The translations under genes and the position numbers were made by a program. A DNA stretch of 64,000 nt from Curvularia clavata (lineage: Eukaryota): assembly GCA_023920165.1 (NCBI GenBank), contig CP089276.1:2604001-2668000 (forward strand), read 5' to 3'. The notes beneath the pieces were generated by a model. The model ran no database searches. It worked only from the letters and a program-made list of their open reading frames with translations, and was not told the origin of the DNA. Of the stretch, positions 24,021 to 37,410 are shown one piece after another (position 1 is the first letter of the stretch; every line of letters begins with the position of its first letter).

Positions 24021-27000
24021 ATGGTCTTCTTGGGCATATACCGTGCGCTTTATGACTATGAGCCCCAGAGCAGCAATGAGATTGCTCTGAACGAGGGCGA
24101 CATTTTGATGGTACTGGAGAAGTCCACGGAAGACGACTGGTGGAAAGCCAAGAAGAAGGGGCGTGAGGAGGACGAGGAGGAGCCCGAGGGCTTGATCCCA
24201 AACAACTACATTGAAGAGGTGAGTTGCATACTTGGTACCCAATGGGTGCCCCGGCTTGGCATGGCTCAGGGTGCATGCCCAGTAGCATATTACTGCTTGT
24301 TTCGCAGACGTACGTCGTGGTTGCAGAACTGACCATACATACAGGCCGCGCCCATTGCGCAAGCAAAAGCCCTCTTTGACTACGACCGCCAGACCGACGA
24401 GGAGCTGTCGTTCAAGGAAGACGCCATCCTCGATGTCTACGATACGACAGACCCAGACTGGACATTAGTGGGTGTTGAAAATGACTATGGCTTTGCACCA
24501 GCCAACTACATTGAGCTCGTCAAGGGTGGAGCTGGCTCAGTTGCGCCAGCTGAACCCTCCCCAGCATTGCCGAGTCGCCCGCCAATGCCAGCAACCAGAG
24601 ACTCTTTCGACGATTCCCAGCCGCCTACTCCAGACAGCCCTCCACAACCGAGTCCTGCTGCCGCCCTAGCTGGCATCATCCAAAAGAAGTCGCAGGAAAC
24701 AGCGCCGCGATCGACCATCTCGCCGCCGCCCAACGTCAGCGCGCCCCCAAAACGACGTGTCCAGTTCACACCCGAGGAATCCGACGAAGAAGCGCCACCA
24801 CCTCATCTTCCCCAGCGCCCAGTGTCAGAAGTACCTTCTCCTCCGCCTACCCAATATGCACATGTGCGATCCCCGTCACCCCCAGCTAGGTCGCCTCCTG
24901 CTCGAAGCGTCACATTCGACAAGTATGATCCGCCCAGCAGGGAAGAGCAGCCGTCGACCCCGAGGTCAGCATCGGGATATCGTCTCTACAATATTTATGA
25001 ATACATTACGCAGCCTGGCAAGAACAAGAAGATGCCCATCACGCTGGGTATCAATATTCCCAAGGGTATGGTCATGATTGCACCAGAAAAGTCACGCGAT
25101 GGACCGCAACAAGAATGGAGCGCCGAAAAGATGGAATATTATTCGCAGGAGGGCAAGCACATCTTCATGGAGCTCAAGCAACCAAGCAAGAGCATTGACT
25201 TCCACTGTGGAGCAAAGGATACTGCATCAGAAATCATGATGGCTCTTGGTGAACTCGCGGGAGCTGCCAAGAGTGCAGGATTGCGGGAAGTGCTCGCTGC
25301 TGGTTCTGGGCATTCCAACGTACAAAAGAAGGGAGTTATGTTGTTCGACTTTATGGCGCAGGGTGATGATGAGGTTACTGTCGGCCTTGGTGACGAGATT
25401 CTGATCCTCGATGACTCAGCTAGCGACGAGTGGTGGAAAGTCAGGCGGCTGAAGAATGGCAAGGAGGGTGTTGTGCCAGCTAACTATGTCGAGATTACAG
25501 AAACTGTCCCCATACCCGCTACAGCAGCCACCGTGGCTCGTTCTGGAACCAACGCTGGCCGATCTATTGTCGATCAGAATAGGCGAGAAGAAGAGGAGCT
25601 CGCTCGCCGGGCCGCGAGACAGAAGAGGCCAGAAAGTGAAGCGAGGAATGATCAGGTAGGGCCTGGCCTGCCCTTGCCCTTGCGTAACTCTAGCCTTTTG
25701 CAGACAAATATTGACGAGCGGCGTGCCGCACAGAAATCCATCAAACGCGAAACCTCTTCCAAAGACTCGAGCTCAAAGTCTTCGTCCAAGCCAAGTAAGT
25801 GTAACATGATAGCAATAGCCGAGTTTTCAGCGATGATAGACACCATAATCTATATGAATGTGGAGTGTTTCCTCGATGGGGGGCCGTAAAACGTTGGGAT
25901 ATGTTGTGTGCTAACTAGACGTGTTAGACCCCTCGAAAGTACGCACTTGGACCGACCGATCCGGCTCATTCAAGGTTGAAGCAGAGTTCATTCTCATCAA
26001 GGATGGCAAGATTCATCTGCACAAGGTTAATGGTGTTAAGATTGCAGTACCGGTTGGGAAAATGTCCGTTGAAGATCTTGAATATGTCGAGCGCGTCACA
26101 GGCGAATCTTTGGATGACGACAAGCCTTTGTCTGACCTGAAGAGAAAGACCATGCAGCAGCAGCGATCGAGAGACAACCGTTCTCCATCTGGATTGACAG
26201 TTGAGAAGAAGCCTGAGTACGACTGGTTCGACTTCTTCCTGAAGTGTGGTGTCAACCCGCAAATATGCGAACGTTATGCTCGGTCGTTTGTCAAGGACGA
26301 GATGACGGAGGAAAACATCCCAGACATTACGCCAACGTTGCTGCGTACTTTGGGTCTCAAAGAGGGCGATATCCTCCGCGTATCCAAGTACATCGATGCC
26401 CAATACGGGCGCAGCAAGCAGAATGCCAACGCTGCAGAAGACAATGGCGAAGGAGCGTCTGGCGGACTGTTCTCTGGGCCTGGAGGTGCGCTCCGTAACA
26501 ACACCCGCAAGGGACGCCCTGCGCCTCCTGTGGAGACAAATGATGTGGTGGATCCAAAGGCCTTTGAGCAGAAATCAGAGGATGCCGGAAAGAAGCCTAC
26601 AGAAAGTACAACGGCCACCTCTGCGCCTGCATCGGATGCAAAGGCCAACGGATTCGACGACAATGCTTGGGATGTCAAGCCTTCAAAGTCAGCCTCTACT
26701 TCTGCCCCGGAAAAGTCTGCATCTCCGCCTCCAGCACAATCCGCACCTGCTGCAAAGCCGCCTCAACTGACTGGAGCTATGGGCGAATTGTCTCTCTTGG
26801 ATATGCCCGCCCTCAAACCTGAAGAGATTGCTCAGCCAACACCTCCCGCTCCTGCTCCTGCGCCAGCACCTGCTCCACAAGCAGCGCAGCCGCCTGCTCC
26901 ACAACAACAACCACAGCCAACAGGAGCTACTCCAACTCTGTTTGAGCAAGTTGCAGCTATCAAGGCCTTGACTCAACCTCACAATGTTGCCCCGCCACGG

Positions 27001-27814
27001 ATGCGCCCACAAGCTCCTCAGCAGCAGAATGCTGGTGGTCTGCTCGCCCCACCGCCACCGCGTGCAGCCTCAGCTCCACAGAACCCGCAGCAGAGTGCAT
27101 TTGGTCCACCGCCACCACTGCAGCCACAGCTTACTGGATACAATCCCAACATGATGGCTCCAAACCCTGGACAGGTACCAGGAATGCAAGGTATGCAGCC
27201 GCAAATGACTGGGTTCCCCCAACAAAATGGCGGCTATGGGTTCCAGCAGAACGGTATGATGCCGCAGCCAACAGGATACAATTCCATGTCGCCGGCACCG
27301 CAGCAGCAGCCCATGCAAACTGGCTTCGCACCGTTCCAGCAGCCTCAGCCAACAGGGTTCCAACAGTCGATGGCGACGGGCTTCCAGCAAGCACCGCACT
27401 TTACCCAAGGGTTCGGCAACGGCAGTCCATTCGCAGATCCCCCACGAGCGCCCTTCCAACCACTACAGGCTCAGCCGACTGGATTCAACTCGTTCCAGCC
27501 AGCGCCGCTTAACCCACAAGCGACTGGTGTCAATCGGTTCCTGCCTCCGGCGATTGCGCCACAGCCGACGGGCTTCGGGCAGAGCCCACCACCGGTACCT
27601 CCGATGCCACCTATGCCCCAGGCACAGCCTTTGGTGCCGCAAAAGACTGGACCGCCTCCAAGCATCAAGTTTGGTGTCCAGCCGGCGAAGAAGCTGACAC
27701 CACAGCCAACAGGGCGGGCGAACCTTGCCAATGCTAGTAAGTGTTTTACTTGTCTTGACTAACGCTTCCTTTGCTAACCATTGAATAGCCCCTCAAAATC
27801 CCTTTGGCTTTTAA
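24021..27814 (+). CDS. SLA1: Endocytic adaptor / actin cytoskeleton regulator Sla1
   Basis: Three SH3 domains (ALYDY..DDWW..GLIPNNY; ALFDY..DWTL..APANY; LFDF..EWW..VPANY), SHD1 (VRTWTDRSGSFKVEAEF), SAM-like SHD2 (YDWFDFFLKCGV), QPTG repeats and a terminal NPFGF. Introns 24219-24344, 25795-25927 and about 27736-27788. Confidence 0.95.
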
Positions 27815-29217
27815 GTCTTATTGGTGCGGTAGTGGTGCTTAAGTGAAAAAACCACCTTTGATTCGTACCTCAGGTCGAGGGAGATGCACGTAGGCCCATC
27901 ATAGCACCCTACCATTACATGTACTTGTACATAATTTTGCTATACCTGGGGTTGGTTGCTTCTTGGAGAAAGCGCAATGAATCCTTGTCTAGCATAGAAG
28001 GGATTCGTTGCATACTTTTCCAACCTTTTCTTTCTTCAATCATCTTCATTTCATTTCACTTTTTTTTTTCATACATAATAAATGCTAAGCTCACCCGTGC
28101 CTGGATGGAAATCGCTGTTAGGGCTCTCGGTACGCATCTTGTCAATGGATTGGGGAGTTTGCTGGGTATACGGGTGAAGGAACAATGGGACCAAGGCGTG
28201 GGGGACTGAGCAAAGGGGAAGGATGCGGTCATGGCGGACATGTATAGCTAGGATGGATAATGCAAAACACAAATGTTGACAAGAGTAATAGTAAGAGGAC
28301 AAGAAAGAGGAAGGAATTATACCAACGCGCAGGGGCTCGACAGCAGCCTTGTGCAGGCGCAATGTCATCCAGATTGCCGCCGTTGTTGAGGCGCAGGCGA
28401 AACGGACCTGAGACTGGGGACCAAGCCTTTGCCAAGTAAAGCTTAGCTTAGCGTCGTGTCGAACGGGCCAGGCCATGGTTCCCCGTGCTGTGACTGGCCA
28501 TGGAAAACCACGCAAGGGAGGGGTTTCCGTGGCTCCCGTGGCTCAGCTGGCACAGCCTTGCAGAAGAAGCAAAGAAAAAGGACCGGGAAAAGCATACGAG
28601 ATTTTGCTGCTTCTGCTGCGAGTTTGCGCGCAAGGCGGGGCGCAGCGTCGGTACGTATTCCTTCTGTGGGCCCAATGAGCAAAAACGCGCATCCACGCCA
28701 CTGGCAGATGGGACAGGCATGGATGGTGCTTGTGGCGATGACGAATCGCCCAGCGGGCCTGGGCCAATCAGCGCGCACCTGGCCTGTGGCTTATGAGCTA
28801 AGGGCCGAATGATGCGTCGTAGGGTGCTGTTGCTGTGTCCGCGTGAGAGGTCGACTGCTGTTGCGGTAAGCATCATTAGCCTGCCTGCCCCCTCCCTTCC
28901 CGCCGCGCCCCAGCAGACTGCGGGTCTCAGCTATAATCCTTCGTCTTGCGCTTCCTTCTCTCTTTCCTTCTCCTGCCTCAATCGCTCCAATCCAACCTGC
29001 CCCCAACACCGCCGCTCCCCTAAGCATATAACAAGCGGGTCGATCTCTCACGCGCAAACCCAAACATTCTATTCCTTGCCGACGGATCCCGCACCTCCTT
29101 TGCGCGCCAGCTTGACACGACCGATCAGAGGAACTCTACGCCACCGGGTTCTGAGCATACAAGACAACAGACTTGTCCATTCGTGAACCAAAAGAGAAGA
29201 AAGCAGAATCAGCAATC

Positions 29218-29667
29218 ATGTCCAACCAAGGATACTACGGCAACCAGCAGCCCCAGTACCCCCAGCAGAGGTAAGAATTACACGCTCTTCTTACGATACC
29301 AGCGCAACCCAATTTTCTTGATTACAATCAAAAACAATTCGAAACGGAGAATAACGCGAGAACCCAATGCTAACTTTTTTTCTCTCTTATAGCTATGGTC
29401 CTCCCCAAGGAAACTACGGCCCTCCTCAGCCGCAAATGATGTACCCACCCCAGGGCCAATACCAACAGGCTCCTCCGCCAAAGCAGAAGAAGGACAGGGG
29501 ATGCTTGGCTGCTTGGTAAGTCTTTTTTTTCTAATTCGCAAACATATTTGTTGCCAAGCGCTAACGTGAAAATAATTAGTCTGGCCACCCTGTGCTGCTG
29601 CTTCTTGTGCGAGGAGAGCTGCGAGTGCTGTCTCGAGTGCTGTGAGTGCGCGGCTGATTGCTGCTAG
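29218..29667 (+). CDS. CYSTM (cysteine-rich transmembrane module) tail-anchored small protein, 87 aa
   Basis: Exons 29218-29270, 29393-29515 and 29580-29667 splice in frame to [87 protein letters not shown]. Canonical GTAAG donors and GCTAAC branch points. Confidence 0.9.
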
Positions 29668-30310
29668 ACGCTGTCGTTCGCGTGAATTCTACAACGTCGT
29701 GGGATATCAAGTCTGAATGACGAGGTTGATAGGATTGAAGATACGCGTTGAAGAGGACGTGTTGTCTTGGGTTGCCTTGGCTTTTTTTTGGTGCTTGTTT
29801 TGGGGGAGAAAGATACCTTTTTTGACTTGGTCTTAACACTGGTTTTCCTATGTAACATTCGATATAACGTATTCGAATTAATTTTCTGTGCTTTACTTGT
29901 ATCTCAAGAGCAGATTGTCGCGAGAGATTGTGTTTTTTGTTTGCTGACAGATCTTGTTTGGTATTCCCTTCCGAAAGCAGTAGGTAATTGCCCATTCTAG
30001 ACGTCACGTGATGACAACCAAGTGAGAGCATTACTGGGCCCTTCTCACTACTTCCCTTCACAACCAGTGCCACCGCGTTATACGTTAGCCTGAAATGGTG
30101 ATTGCTCGTTTGCTTAACAGATATTCGACTTGATTAGTAGTGAGAGGAAATGTCGTTTACAGTACCTCAGTCACTACTCACATAGATCTTGCACCTCATA
30201 GCAGCCACAGTTTACAGTCCCCCGCTACTAGTCCGTTTGAGCCGCAAGAGTATAAATCATACCCTCATCTTCTCTCCACCTCCACAACTCTCAACCGAGC
30301 CTCGTTCAAC

Positions 30311-31130
30311 ATGAGTGCTACACCGCATCGCGAGCCCTCTTCGTCGAGCTCCAACAACAAGATGCTCGACCAACACAGTGGAGCAGTCAATAAGCCTAAG
30401 AAGTGCTCAAATTCCACGCTCACACTTAAGAATGGGCTGTTAAGGACCGATGTCTCAGCCCGCTCTGAGCTCTTGCAGATGTAATTACAGCATCCCAATC
30501 GTTTGTTCTGAGTTAGAAAACTAACCGCTTCCCAGCGCCAAACGTAACTCCACAGAGTCCCCGCTTCTCCGCCTTCCACCCGAGCTACGCAACCTGATTT
30601 GGGAGCACGTCCTTGGTCACCACGACATCATGATCAACTCTGGGACTTGGTCTTCATCCAGAAGCGAATGGCTTTGGTCCGTGCAGTGCACTCGGTCGCC
30701 CCTCTCCAAAACAGGACACCGATGCTGGGAAATGATTGAGCATACCTTCGAGCTGCCTCTTGTATGCCGCCAGACATATGTTGAAGCGTCGCCTATGATA
30801 TACACTCTGAACCGATTCGAATTCTACCAAACACGCACGTTCGATCACTTCATTCGGAACCGTGTGCTGGGCCAGCGCTGTCTCATTTCCTGCGTCACCG
30901 TGCCTGTAGGCTACTTCCAGCACTATCTCCAGCATCGTCGTAGACCCTTTTGCTCAAAGTTTCCAAATATCGAGCGCATCAGAGTCAAGTACCTTGCTGC
31001 GAACTTGGAAATTGTCGTCCGGCGTCTATTCGAGCGCCCGGTTGAATTCGAGGACCATGGGCTGAAGAGCTGGATTGAAGATTATGTGAAGCATAGGGAG
31101 TGTAGGCATCTAGAGATTGAATGGTATTGA
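30311..31130 (+). CDS. Hypothetical protein with an F-box-like LLRLPPELRNLIW motif
   Basis: ATG 30311; intron 30481-30535 (GTAATT..CTAAC..CAG) joins in frame to AKRNSTESPLLRLPPELRNLIWEHVLG..LPLVCRQTYVEA..IYTLNRFEF. Confidence 0.7.
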
Positions 31131-32485
31131 GTGTAACTCGTTTCTCCCTTACCCACAGAGGAGAGAGCGTGGCGTGGCTGTGGGGGAAAACAGCGTGCGA
31201 GGGTGACATAGGATCTCTACTCTCCTGTATGCCCAAGAATGGACGGTTCTGTCAGCGAGGATGCCAAAGGGTGGCCCAGTAGTCAGATGAATTTTTGACT
31301 TCATACTTGACGAATGTGACTTTCACTTGAAAGAGTTCCAAGATTCGTAACAAGTATGACTTCCAAATATCATAAACTTTCCAAAACTCTCAATGCATTG
31401 AAAACTCTCGTTGTACATAAATAACTAAACAAACGACACACCTCATGCAAGTATAATCAAAAAATCCCCATAATGTTATGGAGTAGGTAGTACGAGAATT
31501 TCGATATCTGATAGAAACCACACTCAAAGTCTAGATATTCACCTATTTACTCAGCAGTAACAGCAACAGTCACAGCGCAACCGAAAAGATTAGGAAAACG
31601 TTTGATAGAAACAGAGTGACTAGAAAAACTCAAACATGTCTAGACCTACATAAACCACCACTTGATTTACGGGACGAACCGCCACAGTGACATTTTCAAC
31701 CAGCATTTTTTTGCATTAAAAACGCGAGGCACATATTCCGGGATATCGCTCCCCCCCCCTAGTCCTGCTCTGCTTTGTTTGGGAACTCTCGACAGGTACA
31801 TTGATGCGTTCACCAGCCGTATTTTTGAGATTGTCTCCTATCGCTGAATGCTCAAAAGCGTTTTGTCAGTGTTGGTGAGTGCGTCGAGAGCCAGATGTGT
31901 GAAGAAGACTTTTTTAGGAATCAATTAAGCATGCTGTGTAAACCGCTCTCGGACATTTTCACCTTCGTACCTTTTTTTTTCCTTGAGAGCCACAACTGGA
32001 TTTTTCAATAGTTAAAACAGCGAAACACTCATCATCTTCTTCCCCATACATCACACCACTCTTCCAATTCAATTCAAACACCTTAGATTTCCACGAAATG
32101 TCATTACTACTCTAGTGCAGGGTCTCTTCTTCTTTTTTTTTCGACGACCTCAAGCTATGCATGCATGCATGCATGATGCTTCCCATCCCATCCTCAAACT
32201 CCATATATCAATGTCAAGTCAAAAGAGAAAAAAAAAAACAAAAACAAAAAGATAGCGAATGCGACGGCAGCAGCAAATGGTATTGTGCGCGTTTTAAATG
32301 CCCCAGAGATTTGAGAGAGAAAACACAGCTGGGAGAACCCGAGATGCATGACCATGAGGAGATGATGGGGAAGGAAAAGGACAGAAAAAGAGATAATAGG
32401 AGAGGGAAAAAAAGGAAAATGCGGTATCTAGTGAGCTGTTCATGAGGCTGGAAAATATGGACAAAGGGAAAAAAAAGGGAAGCCT

Positions 32486-34553
32486 TTAGATGCTGGTGAT
32501 TCGTGATCCAGGAGGCGCAGATGCTCGGTGCGGTCGGAGGTTGATGACGGATTCGAGCTCTCTTAGCATGCTGGTGTTTGCGTCTCGTTGCTCGCGGAGG
32601 GTAGCTTGGCGGATGCGGTCGTCGTGGATTTTCTGCATACGCTCTTCTCTCGTCATGGTAACACGGGTTTTAGGTATCGCGATAGCTTCGAATACTTCGT
32701 CGTCGGATGCGCTGCCCTGGTCGCTTGGTGGAGCACTCTCCTGAGGACTCAGTGATTCGCCGTTCAGAGCACGCAGAGCATCAGACGGGCTGCCTTCGTC
32801 TACAGCAGTGAGGCCACCTAGGCTTGGGACTGGCGAGCGTAGGCCGCTTGACGCCTGTGAAATTCGGCGCTCCTGTCGGTCAATGTTCAGGGCGAGCGCG
32901 TTCTTGCCTGCTTCCCAGGCTTGCACCAAGCTCTTGAGATCGGCGCCGATGGATTCGTATTGCGCCATGAGAGAGTGGCCTAGATCAGTGACATCCTCCA
33001 TGTCTTCCAAGCTCTTGTTCGTCTCTTCTCGCAGCACCTGCATCTTCGCTTGCAAACCCCTAATACCACTCGAAAGTCCTGATAGTTTACGCACAGAGTT
33101 TCGGATCTTTTCCCGTCCAGGTGTTGGGGCTACCTTGGCTGGTGATGGTAGAACAAACTGTTCCTCTTCTGCTAGCACGTGATTGAACTTCTCGCTCCAA
33201 AGACCAACTTGACGCGCAGTGTCCACCATGGAATCCACCACTGTCGACCAGCGTGCAAAATCCGTCGTTCCACCATCAGCTTCCATAGCCAAGAGGGAAC
33301 AGAGATAAACACGGCGAAGAATGGACAGGCGATACTGCAGGGTGCGGAGAACTTTGAGGGTTTCGGCATCTTCGAACTCGGATGGGCTGTAACTCAGAGC
33401 CGCCTCTTGCAGGTCTGGATTGCTGATCTCGTAGACATCGAAATATTTTTCCAAGTCATCTTCCTGGATCAGTGGTTTCAGAATGCCGCATTGCTCGGAG
33501 ATAAGGGGCACAATGTCGGCATATGCTGCTCGGAGATTACGACGAAGGCGCTGACAGCGGCGGGCTTGGCCTTTCTCTTCAATGCGCGAGATAGGAGGTA
33601 GCGGACTACTTCTACACGGAGTTTAGCTGAGCGGCAACGGGGAAGACATGGTTTAGGATGTATGGGGCAACATACAGTCTGTAGCCACGGGAGACGAGTT
33701 CCACCTCTTGGATCAGGGCAAGCGCAGACGAGGTGGAAGCCTCAAATGCCTGCAGGTTGGCGACCAAGGCAGACACGCCGTCGACTGCCTGCTGTCTGAG
33801 ATAGTGGAGCCACTGGCGCCGCATGTAACCATAGACGGCAGATGCGGCAGCAGCAAAGACCAGAACGACAAATGACGTCCTCCCCACGCTGAAGACTGGT
33901 TGGCGGCGAGACCAGTGGACCAGCCATACCAGGACAAATGCAGTTGTGCCCGTCAAAGCGGCACCGGTGGTGCTTATGGTGGCGACCTTGAACTCATGTA
34001 AGCCGGAGCGGCCGTTTGGCGGAAAGGTGGGTATCGAGGATGCGCGCAGGCCTCCCTGCTCGCCCAGGAGCTGGGATGCGACGATGAGGTAGCGGAAGTG
34101 CTCGAGGAAGCGCTCGTTGTCTGCCCGGCCTAGTCTCGAGTTGACGGCTTTCTGGGGTCAGGTCAGCAGTTGACTCACAGCATGCCAAGGGGAAAGCAGA
34201 GAAGCATACCGAGCATGCTGTGTGTATGCGGGCAATAGAGCCATGGCGGGCATGTATTCGCAGCGGCTGTGGGAGACGTTCTCTTATTCTCGACTGGAGC
34301 GTCGAAGGACCGCGGGGCGCAAAGCCATGGGAGTGAGTATCGGTGTCTGTGTGTGAGAAGGCAGAAGCGCGGGGGGAGTGGTTGTCGTCGTCGTCGGCGG
34401 CTCTGCCCTGGCCTAGTGCAGCGATTAGCGGCTGGAGATGGATTGTCGTCATCATCATCATGGTGAGCATGGCGATGGTGGCGGTGGCGGTTGAGTGGGC
34501 GCACCTTGGAGCAACTGCGCAAGGGGCGAGTCGTCTGGTATAATGCTCTCCAT
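32486..34553 (-). CDS. vezA: Vezatin-like membrane protein (VezA; myosin-binding domain family)
   Basis: ATG 34553 (MESIIPDDSPLAQLLQG). Motif RADNERFLEHFRYLIVASQLL, two TM helices, then LIQEVELVSRGYR|..SPLPPISRIE and a coiled-coil C-terminus (MLRELESVI). Introns at about 34503-34412, 34209-34151 and 33676-33612. Confidence 0.75.
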
Positions 34554-36082
34554 GGTGCTACCGCATGATGGAGGAGCAGACGTCGGGTGGGCGGTCGAGG
34601 AGCGCGTGGGCGGTTGTCTGACTGGCTCTAATCCGGGGTGGGCAGGTGATATGGATATGGCCGGTACGGCTTGTGCGGGTACGGGCGCAGGCGAGGGCGC
34701 TCCCAAGGGCGCGTGGTCTGGTGCGTTGGATCCAATGGTGGCAGATGCAGCGGCCGTGACGCGGTAGCCTGGGGAATGTGGAGGTGGGCGCGATCTTCTA
34801 CTGCTGGCAAAAAGGGACCATAAAGGAGAGACAAAAAACACGTATACCGGCATGCCCGCTGTCAGGCTGGGTGAGGGCGGTGCTCTACATAGGGTCGAGG
34901 GAAATGAGGTAGCGTACGGAGAGGCGCCCCTTGTGATTGGCGACTAAGCCGCATGACAGCCCACGCCCGTTCACGCGTTTCCTTTAGCCGTTTCCCCTCC
35001 CCCCTCTCTCCCTGCTCTCCCTGCGCTGGATGCTCCCTTTTTGGTCCCCCACCCCTGTCCACGGCCGACCGTCGCATGTCCGTAGGCGCGCGTTACTTGG
35101 GGCGCAGACATGGACAAAGCCTCTGCCCTGCCAGCTGCCTGCCAGCTGCCTGCCAGTCCCTGCCTGTCGCCCGTCCCGGCGCGGACCAGACGTTGAGCGA
35201 CATGGCGCCATTGTTGAAGGGCGGACGACCGACCACACGCCTCATTCCGCCCTGAATGCCCCTGGCCGGCTTGCCGGACTATGCGTATTCCTTCGGACGT
35301 CCTGGCATCGACCTCCGATCATGGCCACTCCCGGCCCCGCCCGTACGCGACCGGGCCCGCGAGAGCATCCATTTCTTTTATTACGCATTCCATGGTCAGA
35401 CTGCCTGCTCGTCGTTGCGCTGCGGATGACGCTCATGCATGCATGCAAGCTCGGCTGCGCTCAATCGATAACACAATCGATAAGATAGGGCTGCATATCA
35501 GACAGGTACTGCACGCCTACATGCCACGCAATAGAAAACGTGCAGCATGCAGGTACATATGTACTCTGCCAGCCACTTTGGCCCCCCTTTAAACTGGGGC
35601 CCATCCCTTGCGCTAACAACTTGCGTGGCTGCCTCGTGCTATCCACGGCTTACAAACCATATCGCCGCCCTCTGCTGCTACTGCCAATTGCAGCAGCTGA
35701 ACCACTCCCATCAGACATGTCTTTGGTATAGCGGCTACTCACAAGACACGGCATACATCATAGCGCTCGAGCTCGTTCCATGAGCTTCCGGAGACTCATC
35801 GTTATCACCGACTATCCCTTTGGCTGACACAACAAGGCTGCAGCCATGGACTATACTACTACGTCCAAATTTACAGACCAGTAGGAGTAACTATCTCTTC
35901 CAACTGTGGCCAAAAGCATATCCCAAACCGTTTTTCTTACTTCTCTCACCATGACACTGTAGTATATATTGCTCACATCAATCTTATCGTGTTTTCTGAT
36001 TACCTGACACTTCTCGTTTGCACGTACTAATGCAAATACTTTTGTTTTGTTACCAAGGTCTACAGTTCGCATATTCGTCATC

Positions 36083-36936
36083 ATGAACAACCAGACAATA
36101 TACAGGCTGATGGCCGCTGTCCAGCTTATCAATACAAACCTAAACACTGCGCCAGGCTCGTGGCGGGGCCAGGTGCAAGCCATCCGCACCATCACCACCA
36201 CACTGGAGCTGACTGATAGAACTCCCGACGACACTCACAGACGCTGGCAGATAGCTTTCATTAACCTTGCCCAACATGTAGCATTTTCGGATGCTGACAA
36301 CGGATCCATCACCGACATAGCAGACTGGTGTTTGCGCCAACTGCTGACCCTATTGTCTTTGTATCCGAATGATGTTGAGATCCTGAGCTGTAAGTCAAGT
36401 CTATGCTTTCTTGTGCACGGACTGACAGTCATAGTGATCGGTCGAAATTGGTTGTTACGAGCTCAGAAGGCACTAGCAAGCATTGCTCGAGCAGAAGACG
36501 GCCCTTTGTACCAAAGCAACTCCTATTCGTCTCATGCTGTAACGCAACGACTAAATGATGCGCATCATGTTGAGGCACGGGGATTGTTGCTACCGGCGAC
36601 CGACTATCTCCAGCGCGCCGTAGAGGCAGCGCGGGTGCAGAGAAACCTGACTGGGTCATTGATTGTGACAGTGAGTGCTTTTCTCCAACACTTGCTTCAA
36701 CTGCTGACCAAGTGAAGGCTGCTGAGGCCTTTATGAGCCTTGGCAATGTCACATCTCCAAGAGTCCACCATGATTATTTTCGGAGGGCTATCAGTTACCT
36801 TCGAGTAGCGGCTCAAATCCAAGGCTATACAATGCCTTACCACATGCAGCAGTAAGTGCATGTAGTCTGTTGTAGAAAAATGCTAATTGGCGCAAGGTAC
36901 CTCAACGATTATGGAATCATGTACGACGATGCTTGA
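36083..36936 (+). CDS. Hypothetical alpha-helical protein
   Basis: ATG 36083. Three in-frame introns (about 36390-36434, 36671-36717, 36852-36896) give MNNQTIYRL..DIADWCLRQLL..GRNWLLRAQ..EARGLLLPATDYLQRAV..AAEAFMSLGNV..YLNDYGIMYDDA*. No family recognised. Confidence 0.72.
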
Positions 36937-37410
36937 ACGGAGTTATCCAGGAGGGACTGCATATATGACAAATAGATAAAAGTTTGTACATTTTCCTGTA
37001 AAAGACCGTTTGTAAGAATACACATTCTTTCACCGACCGCATTCTGTTACTGTTGAGATGATTGAAACGATGTTGCTGTGAAGTCATCCCTGCCAGCAAG
37101 GGTCCATCCATGCACGGGCCAAGACGGTAATTTGTGGAGCACTCGACTCCGGCAACTCAACCCACCCGCAGCTCCGCAACGACAGCAACAGCGACCGCGT
37201 CAGCACGTACAGGAACCGGATCCCGTCGCTCAAAAACATCCAGCGAATTTCCGACATCCGCTCATCGCTGCCTTCGACCCCACGTTTCAGCTTGCTCGGC
37301 CGAATCAACCTCGCGGCCGAACACCTACCATCTTCATCCGTGTGCCTGCGTAAGATTCCCAGCACAACGTCAAGCCCAACAATCTGCCTTGGTCGCATTC
37401 ATCGCCAGCT

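Noticed and set aside
25795..25927. Longer-than-average SLA1 intron as a possible snoRNA host
   Set aside because: Only imperfect ATGATAG C-box-like words, and no D box (CTGA) or H/ACA structure.
31250..32480. AT-rich stretch with A/T homopolymers suggesting a RIP-degraded transposon
   Set aside because: No terminal repeats or transposase/RT remnants; it fits the 3' regions of convergent genes.
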